NCBI GenBank assembly: GCA_947258655.1
Contig: CAMYJD010000012.1
Span: forward strand, 13,323-77,322
Direction of reading: 5' to 3'
Length of the DNA stretch: 64,000 nt
Source of the DNA: an uncultured Gammaproteobacteria bacterium
GTDB taxonomy: Bacteria; Pseudomonadota; Gammaproteobacteria; JAADHQ01
A model generated the notes under the pieces. It was not told the DNA's origin. It worked only from the letters and a program-made list of their open reading frames with translations, and did no database searches. Positions 1 to 9,621 of the stretch are shown here, one piece after another. The stretch's first letter is position 1. Every line of letters starts with the position of its first letter. The translations under genes were made by a program, and so were the position numbers.

Positions 1-303
1 AGGCCAGACGCTTGATATCCGTGACCAGGCCGGGACGGCCATGCACAAACAGTACGCCAGGGAACTTGCCTTTTTTCTTCGGTCGGTAAATCAGTACCGG
101 CACCTCGACATCACCATGCATATAACTGCTTTCACGTGAAATAACATCGTAGTTGCGTGGCGGCTCGATCTTGCCTTCATCCCACCAGGACTGCTCCCAC
201 CACCAGGAATTATCCGCTTGTTGGTCGTCAGGGTGTGACCAGGCGTTGTTTACGAGCAAAAAAGAAGCACAAATCAACAGTATGTTAGTGATCGGGTTTT
301 TCA
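1..303 (-). CDS. dienelactone hydrolase family protein (5' part only; gene runs off window start)
   Basis: rc translation from ATG at 301-303 gives MKNPITNILLICASFLLVNNAWSHPDD...GVLFVHGRPG, a signal peptide plus DLH-like motif. Not in ORF track because it is incomplete. Confidence 0.5.
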
Positions 304-529
304 TGATACATCATCCGCTATAGCTGCTCATGTACAGACATGGCCTGTACTGGCAGAAGATTCTATCGAAGCTCTGCAAAAGTCGTCGTTGTGGATGCAG
401 CGTGGAGATTGCTGCGCTACACCGCAATGACGGGAATATACGGGATTTTCCCAGAGTTTCCTTAATAAAAATGTAGTGAAAGTAAATATACTATTATATC
501 GCATCTCAACATGCCAGGCTAACTCCCGC

Positions 530-1222
530 TCAGACATTGGGCCTGATCATGACCAGGTGGCGTTCGGCATCCAGGCCCGGCACTATCAATGGCTCCACCC
601 GCTCAATACGATAACCGTCGGGTAGGACCTCCAGCTCAGCCACAGGGTATGTGCCTTTCATGGCCAGAATCACGCCGTCGGCCGCGAGCAGTTGCGCCAC
701 CCCTGCAATCAGGTTTTCGATGGCACTATAGGCGCGTGCGGTGACCGTATCGAAACGCTGGTCGGGATGAAAGTTTTCTATCCTTTCCGTGATCACCGTG
801 ACATTTTGCAGCCCCAGTTCAGTCACCGCCTGCTGGATAAAACGGGTTTTCTTGTTGTTACTGTCGAGCAGGGTGAAGTAACATTCCGGATTGATGATGG
901 CCAGCGGTATACCCGGCAGGCCAGCGCCGCTGCCGACATCCAGTATCTGTTGTCCATGGAGATAGGGATTGATAACGATGGAATCGAGTATATGCCGCGT
1001 TACCATCAGCTTCATGTCGCGCACCGAGGTCAGGTTATAGGCCGCGTTCCATTTATGTAACAACTGAATAAACTGCACGAAATGACTGGCTGATCCTGCG
1101 GGCACACTGAAGGGCAGGGCAGGGAGCAGCTGTTCCAACATCTGCTGCAGTGCAGACGCATCAGTGGCTTCGTCCAGCGAACGCTTATGCCGGAACCGTT
1201 TCTGATTTCTGGACAGACTCAT
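530..1222 (-). CDS. rsmG: 16S rRNA (guanine527-N7)-methyltransferase RsmG/GidB
   Basis: 230 aa; GidB-like SAM-MTase motifs (LLDVGSGAGLPGIPLAI, LLDSNNKKTRF); classical partner of mnmG. Confidence 0.9.
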   Translation of the reverse strand: MSLSRNQKRFRHKRSLDEATDASALQQMLEQLLPALPFSVPAGSASHFVQFIQLLHKWNAAYNLTSVRDMKLMVTRHILDSIVINPYLHGQQILDVGSGAGLPGIPLAIINPECYFTLLDSNNKKTRFIQQAVTELGLQNVTVITERIENFHPDQRFDTVTARAYSAIENLIAGVAQLLAADGVILAMKGTYPVAELEVLPDGYRIERVEPLIVPGLDAERHLVMIRPNV

Positions 1223-1229
1223 CTAATCA

Positions 1230-1682
1230 TCAGGGTTTGGTAGCAATATCCGAGAATTTATTCAGTGCACCAGTCATTTTGGCGACGATCTCATCGCGAT
1301 CGCTGATGCCGTGACGATTAGCGAGAAATGCGGGATTATTGTACGTCAACCAGACCTTGCCGTTCTCATCCTGCCAGGCTAGGGCCTTCATGGGAAAATC
1401 AATACCGGAGGCCTGATTGCTGGTGAACATATGACTACCCAGTTTCGGGTTACCAAATATCAACAGTTCCGTTGGCCTGACATCGATGCCGACACCCTTT
1501 GCTTTTTTGTCATGGGCCCAGCGCAAGGCGACGGTAATGCCTTTCTTCTTCAATACATTTTCCAGTCTGTCTATGGTCTCCTTGACACTGAAAGCACTCG
1601 GTTTGGTGATCAATCCATGGTCTGCCTGAGCCAGCAGTGGCATACACAGAACCATTATCATCAGCAAAACTGTTTTTTTCAT
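1230..1682 (-). CDS. DUF302 domain secreted protein
   Basis: 150 aa, N-terminal signal peptide; LLIFGNPKLG...MKALAWQDENGKVWLTYNNP resembles the DUF302 signature. Confidence 0.65.
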   Translation of the reverse strand: MKKTVLLMIMVLCMPLLAQADHGLITKPSAFSVKETIDRLENVLKKKGITVALRWAHDKKAKGVGIDVRPTELLIFGNPKLGSHMFTSNQASGIDFPMKALAWQDENGKVWLTYNNPAFLANRHGISDRDEIVAKMTGALNKFSDIATKP

Positions 1683-1822
1683 GACTCTCTCCCATTTATC
1701 ATTGTTCGTCCAGATTAAGATGGCATGTCATGCATTTAGTTCATTTATAACATGCCAAGTAACATACTATTGCATTATGCATGCATTACCTCAACTCCTG
1801 TTTTTCAGGAAATAAGCACCGT

Positions 1823-2959
1823 CTAATAGTACATAAGACCGCTCTGGTCCAACCAGTATAGTCCCCCAACGGCCACGATGATTGCCGTTATCACTGCCAG
1901 TGCAATCTTGAATGGACTGTATGGACGCTCACCCTGGACAGTACCGTTCCTGCCATTAACGACAAAACGGTAGGTCTTGTCACGGAAACGGAAACTGGCC
2001 GACCACAACGGTAACAATACATGCTTGAATGTCGTGTCGCTGTGTTGCGTGTGCAGGTGAGTGATACGTTGCTGGTCACCACCGATATGCTGTCTCACAT
2101 CATTGCGAATGATATTCTCCATGACGGTTTGTGCAATTGTGAATCCTTCATCGAGCTCGACCTGGTATACCTCGCTGCTAAAACCGCTGATATAGGCCTC
2201 TGAGTACGGCACCAGATTTTCCAGGTCCCACGGCGCCAGCGAATCGGTGACTTTCCGCGGCAGGGTTTGTGTCGCGCCGATCAGTACATCATCGAAATGC
2301 CGTCGTGTGTTACCGCTGACCGGCGTCCAGCGTATGCGCGGTTGCCTACGTGTGCGTGTCACCGTGCGGCCGTTTTCAACCGTGGTATAACGCTGCTGTA
2401 CATAATAGATATCACCGCGCATGCCAGAGTAGGCGGTGCGGGTGTGACTATCATAGGTCCAGTAAGGTATATAGACCCCATGCAGTTTCGTTTCGTCACG
2501 CGCGAAGGTCTTCAACGCGCCAGGCGCGAACCATAGACCGGATATCCATTTTTTATAATATGCGCGCGCCTGTTTGTCAGTAATGCTGAACGGTAATAGT
2601 GCCTTCGCCTTGATCGGTTTGATATGGCTGGTACTGGTTATGACTGCAGTACCGCAAAACGGGCATTCACCGGCATGAATATGAGCATCGAGCTCGAACT
2701 GCGCGGCACACTGTACGCACTTGATAAAGGTCTTTTGCGCGGGAAGTGTGCGCGCACGCTGTAACTCGCGCAATGCCATATGGAAATCGATTTCGCGTAT
2801 CGGTTCACCCGTATGCACGATGGCATTGCGATGACCACAATAACTGCATTCGAGTTGGCCACTGCCGACCGCGTAGGTCAACATTGCGCCGCACTGTTCG
2901 CAGGGGTAACGTGTCTCGGTCAGCTCCCGCGTCGAGAGCTCACCTGTTGTTTTGTCCAT
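1823..2959 (-). CDS. double zinc-ribbon protein with C-terminal membrane anchor (uncharacterised family)
   Basis: Start chosen at MDKTTGEL directly after the stop of the upstream SPFH gene. Two CxxC...CxxC ribbons (CEQCGAM..CSYCGH; CVQCAAQ..CPFCGT), a roughly 250 aa unknown domain, and a terminal TM helix IALAVITAIIVAVGGLYWL. Confidence 0.6.
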   Translation of the reverse strand: MDKTTGELSTRELTETRYPCEQCGAMLTYAVGSGQLECSYCGHRNAIVHTGEPIREIDFHMALRELQRARTLPAQKTFIKCVQCAAQFELDAHIHAGECPFCGTAVITSTSHIKPIKAKALLPFSITDKQARAYYKKWISGLWFAPGALKTFARDETKLHGVYIPYWTYDSHTRTAYSGMRGDIYYVQQRYTTVENGRTVTRTRRQPRIRWTPVSGNTRRHFDDVLIGATQTLPRKVTDSLAPWDLENLVPYSEAYISGFSSEVYQVELDEGFTIAQTVMENIIRNDVRQHIGGDQQRITHLHTQHSDTTFKHVLLPLWSASFRFRDKTYRFVVNGRNGTVQGERPYSPFKIALAVITAIIVAVGGLYWLDQSGLMYY

Positions 2960-2961
2960 AT

Positions 2962-4062
2962 TCAGCTTTTCGGCAAGGGTGGTGGTTGGTCTGCCTGAAA
3001 CTGCGCCGTCAATGCAGCGACCTGTCCGGCCGGCTTCCATTGCGCCATGCCGTTCGCCCACACCAGCGTTTCGGCATTGATCTCACCATTCATGATCCTG
3101 GCCCGTACCTCATTGACACTGAACGGACCACTGGCTTCGCCATTCACGGCGACATGGTATTGCGTCTCGATTGGCAATGGTGGTGGCGTAGCCGCACTGC
3201 TTGAACCGCTATCCATGTCCCGTGCCAGTTTATTGGCCATCGCAAAACCGACACCGAGACCAATACCATCTGCGGCGCCACCGCCCGGGTTATCAGCGGC
3301 GGCCTCCATTGCGGCACCGGTTTGATATTTCAGGTATTTATCCAGATTACCTATCACACCCATACTGGTGCGCTTGTCCAGCGCCTGTTCCACGGTCGGT
3401 GGCAGGGATATATTTTCCACCAGCATATTGGCCAGTTCGAGACCGTACTCGGCAAATTCCGGGGCAATGCGCTGGGTCAGGAATTCGCCCAGCTGGTCAT
3501 AGTTGGCTGCCATATCCAGCACCGGGATATTGGCCGATGCGACAACTGTGGCAAAGCGTGACGTGATCAGGTTACGTAACTGGTCACTGATTTCATCGGT
3601 TGTGAACTGACCATCGGTACCGACGATCTCACGTATGAACTTGAGTGCATCGTTAATACGAACAGCATAGGTGCCGAAGCCGCGCAAACGCACCGCACCG
3701 AATTCGCTATCGCGTAACATCAACGGATTTTTCGTTCCCCATTTCAGATCAACAAAACGCTTGCTATTGCAGAAATAGACCTCGGCCTTGAATGGACTGT
3801 TAAAGCCATGATCCCAGTGTTGCAGGGTCGTCAGGATCGGCAGGTTTTTGGTCTCCAGTTCATAAATGCCCGGCGTCAGTACATCGGCGACCTCGCCTTC
3901 ATTGACGAATACCGCCACCTGGGATTCACGCACAGTCAGTTTGGCGCCGTATTTGATTTCATTGCCATAGCGCTCGAATCGATACACCATTGTGTCCTGT
4001 GTGTCATCGGTCCATTCGATAACATCAACAAATTCACCAAACAGTTTGTCAAACAATCCCAT
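2962..4062 (-). CDS. SPFH/band-7 domain protein with Pro-rich linker and C-terminal GYF-like (DUF4339-type) domain
   Basis: 366 aa; N-terminal MGLFDKLFGEF plus SPFH-like core; PPPLP linker; C-terminal YHVAVNGEASGPFSVNEVRARIMNGEINAETLVWANGMAQWKPAGQV. Confidence 0.7.
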   Translation of the reverse strand: MGLFDKLFGEFVDVIEWTDDTQDTMVYRFERYGNEIKYGAKLTVRESQVAVFVNEGEVADVLTPGIYELETKNLPILTTLQHWDHGFNSPFKAEVYFCNSKRFVDLKWGTKNPLMLRDSEFGAVRLRGFGTYAVRINDALKFIREIVGTDGQFTTDEISDQLRNLITSRFATVVASANIPVLDMAANYDQLGEFLTQRIAPEFAEYGLELANMLVENISLPPTVEQALDKRTSMGVIGNLDKYLKYQTGAAMEAAADNPGGGAADGIGLGVGFAMANKLARDMDSGSSSAATPPPLPIETQYHVAVNGEASGPFSVNEVRARIMNGEINAETLVWANGMAQWKPAGQVAALTAQFQADQPPPLPKS

Positions 4063-4081
4063 TTCAGTTCTCCTGTTACGT

Positions 4082-5203
4082 TTAGCCAGGTCTGCTGGAT
4101 ATGGTCGTTGCCGCCGCGGTTCCCGTTGCGCTGTGCAATTCGCTTTCCAGTTTCATTAAGGTTGATTCGGCCTCACGATGATGCTGTTGACCTTCAGTAA
4201 CAATGTGCAGGCTTTCTTCCACGCTGGCAATAAGCTCCTTGTTGGCACGCCTGATAGATTGCGCAGCATGCAGCTTTTTGTTGTTTTGCACCAGTAACTC
4301 CTGGCTCTGTTTTATTGCACCTGCAGCGTGACCTGCCTCGACCATACTACGATGGATGCTCACCGCCTCGGTGAGTTGCTGACGCCAGATCGATACCGTA
4401 TTCAGCAGTGTGGTATCGATCTTGTCAACCAGTTGCTTGTCGTTCTGCTGCACTATACGGATACCGGGAATACCCTGCAACGACACCATACGTGTCAATG
4501 TCAGGTCCTGTATGCGCCGTTGCAGATCGTTGCGGCCCATGCGCAGGTCGCGCAGTGCCTGATCTTCGACAACAGTCTTTGTCGAGCCTGTTGCCTGTTC
4601 CAGTTCGGGCAACATATCCGCGTCAATAATCCGCAACTGTTCTTGCGCCGCACTGATGTAGAGCTCGAGCTCCTGAAAATATTCAAGGTTGGTCATATAG
4701 AGCTTGTCGAGCGTGGCAATATGACGCAACAGATTGGTCTTGTCTCTTTCCAGCTTATCCGTTATGGAATCGATTTGTCTGCGCACCCTTTCATACTGCT
4801 GTATGAACCTGGCGACCGGTGTAGCGCGACCAAATAACCTTGCCAGCAGACGCTTGAAGAATCCGGGCTTTGGCGCCTGATCCAGAACGTCCAGATCAAA
4901 ACTGTGTAACACCGTGACAATCTCACTGAGGGATTGACCAGCAGAACCGAGGTTGTTGTCACGCACCCCTTCGAGCAGACTGTCCGTAATGGTCGCCAAC
5001 TGTTGCTGGGCCTGGCTGCCAAAGAACATGATCGATTGACTGCTGCTAATGTCTATGTCATGCATCAGGCGCGCGATGATTTGCTTTTGCCCGGGTTCGG
5101 CCTCGGCATAGGCAACAGGCTCGCTATCGAGCGTGGGTAAATCGCCCGTAGCAGATACAGCTGCATGAGGCGGTAGTGTATTCATGCCCTGATCAATGGT
5201 CAT
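4082..5203 (-). CDS. TelA-like (toxic anion resistance family) protein
   Basis: 373 aa soluble protein with long coiled-coil segments, size and composition like TelA/YaaN; sits next to an XpaC-like gene as in the Bacillus xpaC-yaaN pair. Confidence 0.5.
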   Translation of the reverse strand: MTIDQGMNTLPPHAAVSATGDLPTLDSEPVAYAEAEPGQKQIIARLMHDIDISSSQSIMFFGSQAQQQLATITDSLLEGVRDNNLGSAGQSLSEIVTVLHSFDLDVLDQAPKPGFFKRLLARLFGRATPVARFIQQYERVRRQIDSITDKLERDKTNLLRHIATLDKLYMTNLEYFQELELYISAAQEQLRIIDADMLPELEQATGSTKTVVEDQALRDLRMGRNDLQRRIQDLTLTRMVSLQGIPGIRIVQQNDKQLVDKIDTTLLNTVSIWRQQLTEAVSIHRSMVEAGHAAGAIKQSQELLVQNNKKLHAAQSIRRANKELIASVEESLHIVTEGQQHHREAESTLMKLESELHSATGTAAATTISSRPG

Positions 5204-5265
5204 GTATATGCGCCCTGATAATTCATTGTGAGCAGTGCTGATGATTTTATATCAGCATGATTCAT

Positions 5266-6108
5266 TCACACTATCCCTTCCTTTTCCAGTTGCATTTGCA
5301 ATACCTCGATCTGGACATCCAGTTCAGTGGCATTATTTTCCATTAGCTTTTTCTGTTGTTCGGCTATGACTGTTTCAATCGTCGCCAGCACACGCCTGAA
5401 ATTTTCATCCAGTTCGCTCGATTCCATATGCTCGTGAGCGCGTGCATAACCGCTCGTGACTTGCTGTGCTCCGTCCAGATACACCTTGAGGAACTTGCGT
5501 GCACGCCTGGCATCACGCGGGTCTTCTTCGATAGTCTGCAGAATATTTCGTGTTTGTTTGACGATGCGCCGCAGCCGTTGCCTGAGTTCCTGGTTGTTGA
5601 TTCTGGCGCGCGCTTCTTCAATGCTCTGAATTTTAGTCTCCGCCTCGTCAAGCAGGTCCAGTACTTCTTCGGAGGTAATCCCGACTGCAGCAATCCCGGT
5701 GCCATCGCGCGCCGGGTCAAAACCGTAATACAGATAAAAACCGGTCAATGCGGCAATGCCGAGCAATAGACTGACAATAATGCCATTACCGATGGCCAGC
5801 CATGAGGTGATGGCGACTGCGATACCAAGCAGGATGGCGCCGAGCGTTTTATAGGGCAGGGTACTGGTACGCCGTACAATCTTGCGTTGTTTTGCCCGTG
5901 CTTCAATTGCAAAGCCCTTACGTGCAAGGGTTGCCGCGATCATGGCCAGGATAAATCCCGCGCCACTACCGGTTGCCAGTGTCAGGTTATCATTCAATAA
6001 TCCCCGTAATGCGGCCAGTAACAACGGGAAGGGCAGGATATACAGCAGGATACCGCGCAGCTGGTAGCGTGACGGTTTGATGCTGTCCGGTTTGTAGCGC
6101 CTGGCCAT
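5266..6108 (-). CDS. XpaC-like membrane protein (N-terminal TM helices, C-terminal TelA-related helical domain)
   Basis: 280 aa; four predicted TM helices followed by a coiled-coil region containing ARKFLKVYLDGAQQV. Confidence 0.45.
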   Translation of the reverse strand: MARRYKPDSIKPSRYQLRGILLYILPFPLLLAALRGLLNDNLTLATGSGAGFILAMIAATLARKGFAIEARAKQRKIVRRTSTLPYKTLGAILLGIAVAITSWLAIGNGIIVSLLLGIAALTGFYLYYGFDPARDGTGIAAVGITSEEVLDLLDEAETKIQSIEEARARINNQELRQRLRRIVKQTRNILQTIEEDPRDARRARKFLKVYLDGAQQVTSGYARAHEHMESSELDENFRRVLATIETVIAEQQKKLMENNATELDVQIEVLQMQLEKEGIV

Positions 6109-6123
6109 GATGCTAATAATGCC

Positions 6124-6213
6124 CTAGATAGAAAACAGCGCCTGCCATGAGATCAGGCCAATGGTTGCCAGTAGCAATATCAGGCCAATGGTTTTTTTCA
6201 GCATTAGCGGCAT
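6124..6213 (-). CDS. 29-aa single-TM micro-protein at head of cassette
   Basis: rc ORF MPLMLKKTIGLILLLATIGLISWQALFSI preceded by GGGGGAG Shine-Dalgarno 5 nt upstream; not in ORF track (too short). Confidence 0.3.
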   Translation of the reverse strand: MPLMLKKTIGLILLLATIGLISWQALFSI

Positions 6214-6327
6214 ATACACTCCCCCGAATTAAATCTATTGACGATCATACTTAAAGCACAGCTATATATTAAAGATAACAAGCGTTAATTATTGTAATAA
6301 TATTACGTTGTATTGATAAGCGGCCTG

Positions 6328-8208
6328 TTATGCTGAGCGTCGCTGTTTCTTCAAATGTACAAGTAGCAACGATACCGCTGCCGGCGTCATACCCGGGATG
6401 CGGCTGGCCTGACCAATGGTCAGTGGCCGGGTCTTGTTTAATTTTTCAGTGACTTCGAAAGACAGCCCCCTGACAGTACTGTAATCCAGCGTCGCGGGAA
6501 TCCTGGTCTCTTCATGTTTGCGGTGTCTGGCGATCTCTTCCTGCTGACGATTGATATAACCGGAATACTTGATCTGGATCTCTACCTGTTCGGCAACCTT
6601 CGGGTCGGTCACCGCAGTACCTGCGCCTGGCAGGGTCATCAGTTTCTGATAGCTGACCTCGGGGCGACTGAGCAATTCGTCCAGCCTCGCCGCGCGTGTC
6701 AGGGCCTGCCCCAATACCTCGCAAACAATATCAGCAGGGACCTTTTCCGGGGCAATACTGGTACTGCGCAGGCGCTTTTTCTCGGACTCGACGGCTTGCT
6801 GTTTTTGTTCAAAGGCATCCCAGCGATGATCATCCACAAGACCGAGCTCACGACCTGTCGGTGTCAGGCGCAGATCGGCATTGTCTTCTCGCAGTAACAA
6901 ACGATACTCGGCCCGGCTCGTGAACATGCGGTAGGGTTCTGCGGTACCACGCGTAATCAGGTCATCGATCAGTACACCGATATAGGCCTGGTCGCGGCGC
7001 GGACACCAGGGTTCCTGTTCACGGGTATACTGGCAGGCATTGATACCGGCCACGAGACCCTGGGCCGCCGCCTCTTCATAGCCTGTCGTACCGTTGATCT
7101 GACCGGCAAAGAACAGGCCATCGATGAATTTCGTCTCTAGCGACGGCTTCAGGTCGCGCGGATCGAAAAAATCATATTCAATCGCATAACCCGGGCGGGT
7201 GATGTGCGCATTCTCGAATCCCTTCATCGAACGCACCAGTTCATACTGGACATCGAACGGCAGACTGGTGGAAATTCCGTTCGGATAGACCTCGTGGGTC
7301 TGCAGGCCTTCGGGCTCGACGAAGATCTGGTGCGATTGCTTGTCGGCGAAACGCACGACCTTGTCCTCGATAGAAGGGCAATAGCGCGGGCCGACACCAT
7401 CGATGACACCGGTATACATCGGCGAGCGGTCCATACCGGAACGAATGATATCGTGCGTCTGTTCATTGGTATGGGTGATGTAACAGGGAATCTGTTCGGG
7501 GTGTTCATCGGCATGCCCCATATACGAGAACACCGGCACCGGCATATCGCCCGGCTGTTCTTCCAGCACGCTGTAATCGATACTGCGCCCATCGATGCGT
7601 GGCGGTGTGCCGGTCTTCAGGCGATCGACACGGAAAGGCAGCTCACGCAGGCGCTGTGACAGCGCATTGGCTGGCGGGTCACCGGCACGTCCACCCTGAT
7701 AATGGGACAGGCCGATATGAATCAGGCCACCGAGAAATGTACCCACCGTCAACACAACCGAGCGCGCTGAAAAACGCAGGCCCATCTGTGTCACAACACC
7801 GACAACCCGGTCCTGATCGACAATCAGGTCGTCAACGGCCTGCTGGAACAGACTCAGGTTCGGCTGGTTTTCCAGCGTCTCCCTGACCGCCTGTTTATAT
7901 AACACCCGGTCTGCCTGTGCGCGCGTCGCTCGTACGGCCGGCCCCTTACGGGCATTCAATGTACGGAACTGGATGCCGCCGAGATCGGCGGCATGGGCCA
8001 TGACACCGCCCAGCGCATCCACTTCCTTGACCAGGTGACCCTTGCCTATGCCGCCAATGGCTGGATTACAGCTCATTTGGCCCAGCGTTTCGATATTATG
8101 GGTCAGCAGCAGCGTCCTGGCACCCATTCGTGCAGACGCAAGCGCCGCCTCGGTACCGGCATGACCACCACCAATCACAATGACATCGAAATCTTGCTGA
8201 TATTTCAT
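6328..8208 (-). CDS. mnmG: tRNA uridine-5-carboxymethylaminomethyl modification enzyme MnmG/GidA
   Basis: 626 aa; FAD motif [15 protein letters not shown]; full-length GidA architecture. Confidence 0.95.
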   Translation of the reverse strand: MKYQQDFDVIVIGGGHAGTEAALASARMGARTLLLTHNIETLGQMSCNPAIGGIGKGHLVKEVDALGGVMAHAADLGGIQFRTLNARKGPAVRATRAQADRVLYKQAVRETLENQPNLSLFQQAVDDLIVDQDRVVGVVTQMGLRFSARSVVLTVGTFLGGLIHIGLSHYQGGRAGDPPANALSQRLRELPFRVDRLKTGTPPRIDGRSIDYSVLEEQPGDMPVPVFSYMGHADEHPEQIPCYITHTNEQTHDIIRSGMDRSPMYTGVIDGVGPRYCPSIEDKVVRFADKQSHQIFVEPEGLQTHEVYPNGISTSLPFDVQYELVRSMKGFENAHITRPGYAIEYDFFDPRDLKPSLETKFIDGLFFAGQINGTTGYEEAAAQGLVAGINACQYTREQEPWCPRRDQAYIGVLIDDLITRGTAEPYRMFTSRAEYRLLLREDNADLRLTPTGRELGLVDDHRWDAFEQKQQAVESEKKRLRSTSIAPEKVPADIVCEVLGQALTRAARLDELLSRPEVSYQKLMTLPGAGTAVTDPKVAEQVEIQIKYSGYINRQQEEIARHRKHEETRIPATLDYSTVRGLSFEVTEKLNKTRPLTIGQASRIPGMTPAAVSLLLVHLKKQRRSA

Positions 8209-8606
8209 ATAGTTAACTATCGAGACTCAAAATGTAACTCATCCGCAGTTCGTCTGGATTCTGCAAATAATAGGTTATATCTATCAATTTTATGTTAATG
8301 ATAGAAAAGTCTGAATAAAACCAGGCGTCTGCCAGGCTTGGATACGCAAAATTGAACACTTTTTAACCAGCGCGTATTCTATGCCTTTTTGTCTTGCATG
8401 GCCAACATCACGGCAATGGTCTGAGACGCACGTAATGATGGCCAAACAGTGGTGCAATACCCCATCATTAAGGATTGTTTCTGTGTAAACAAATGCAATC
8501 ATTTACTCAATATAAAAACAATCATTTGTATAAATTCAGACGCGATCTGGCAGATTGATAGACCAGTTTCAATATTATTTGACGGTCAAGATGCCGAAAA
8601 ACCAAC

Positions 8607-8663
8607 AAAGCGGACATTCACAACTAAGAGACTGTATGGCCGGGGCCGACCCTAAACGGCCTG
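8607..8663. repeat. 57-nt intergenic repeat element, copy A (perfect 16-mer AAAGCGGACATTCACA then GGCCGG..CGACCC core)
   Basis: about 72% identical to copy B at 38328-38384, sharing a perfect 16-mer. Confidence 0.5.
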
Positions 8664-8907
8664 TCGTGGAGTGTGAAGAAAACGAACGTTTACTGTACAC
8701 GCGAAGTCCGACTGTGAACAACCAAGTTAATTTCTTCCTGTTGATACTGTAATGGCATTAAGTAAAACATTCTACACGGCTGGAACTGAACCTAAGCTGC
8801 CTGGATAGTCATACCCACAGTAAGTGCTTATCTCACTGTTTTTACTAGTATATCTACCTATCATGAGGAAAATTAGGTAAAAATCCAAAAAATATTCCTT
8901 CATTTAC

Positions 8908-8938
8908 TTGACCTGGAGTTGACTCTAGGTTGTAGGCT
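8908..8938 (+). promoter_or_regulatory. MerR-type promoter: -35 TTGACC, 19-bp spacer with dyad ACCTGGAG-N4-CTCTAGGT, -10 TAGGCT
   Basis: seen directly about 80 bp upstream of the merP-like start; a 19-bp spacer with a centred dyad is the MerR-family operator layout. Confidence 0.45.
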
Positions 8939-9015
8939 TTCTACTGCCTTAATATTAAAACTGCCCGGCTAGCCACCGATTGACTGGCTGATGAACTTAC
9001 TATGAGGAAAAAGCA

Positions 9016-9312
9016 ATGAAACGAATATTGATATTGACAGGTTTATTCCTATTGCCTTTATCACCATTTGCGGCCGATAAACAGGTTGTGGAAATTGATA
9101 TCGAAGGTATGAGTTGTAAATTCTGTGCACTTAGTGTGAAAAGGAATCTGTCCACATTACCCGGTGTAGACAAGGCGGCAGTCAGTTTTAAGGACAGGAA
9201 GGCTCATATCAAGATGGCTCCGGGTAAAAAGGCTGATGTAGCTCAGATTAACAAAAAAGTTAATGAAGCTGGTTTTAAGCCTGTGAACGTAACCGTCAGC
9301 AAGGATGATTAA
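9016..9312 (+). CDS. periplasmic heavy-metal-associated (HMA) protein, MerP-like
   Basis: 98 aa, signal peptide, GMSCKFC metal-binding motif. Confidence 0.8.
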   Translation: MKRILILTGLFLLPLSPFAADKQVVEIDIEGMSCKFCALSVKRNLSTLPGVDKAAVSFKDRKAHIKMAPGKKADVAQINKKVNEAGFKPVNVTVSKDD

Positions 9313-9336
9313 ATTCTATTTTTCTGGAGACGAGTC

Positions 9337-9621
9337 ATGAGTATCAAGATAGAAATATTTTCCTCACCTGGTTGTGGTAAGTGTGGTCATGCCAAAGAAG
9401 TTTTACGCAAACTGGCTGATGAATTAGGTGGTGATAATATCCAGTGGCGTGAAGTGAATATTCTCGATGAAATGGACCATGCCGTTGATCTGGGCGTGCT
9501 ATCTACACCATCCATTGTTGTAGATGGCAAACTAGTTTTCGCAAGCCTACCTTCAGTTAAAAACCTTCGTACCGAACTGGAACGCATGCTGGATATGAGT
9601 GATCAGGATTCAAAAACATGA
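9337..9621 (+). CDS. small thioredoxin/glutaredoxin-fold protein (CGKC active site)
   Basis: 94 aa, SPGCGKCGHAK motif; translationally coupled (ATGA overlap) to the downstream membrane protein. Confidence 0.65.
   Translation: MSIKIEIFSSPGCGKCGHAKEVLRKLADELGGDNIQWREVNILDEMDHAVDLGVLSTPSIVVDGKLVFASLPSVKNLRTELERMLDMSDQDSKT

Noticed and set aside
692-1060. 122-aa plus-strand ORF
   Set aside because: Lies entirely antisense within the well-supported rsmG gene.
8607-8663. tRNA or tmRNA fragment as integration site
   Set aside because: No cloverleaf arms or T-loop (TTCGAAT) and no CCA-proximal acceptor sequence could be folded from either copy.
8209-9015. oriC at the mnmG-downstream spacer (enterobacterial gidA-mioC position)
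   Set aside because: No TTATCCACA-like DnaA boxes found in this spacer; good boxes are instead clustered around dnaA.
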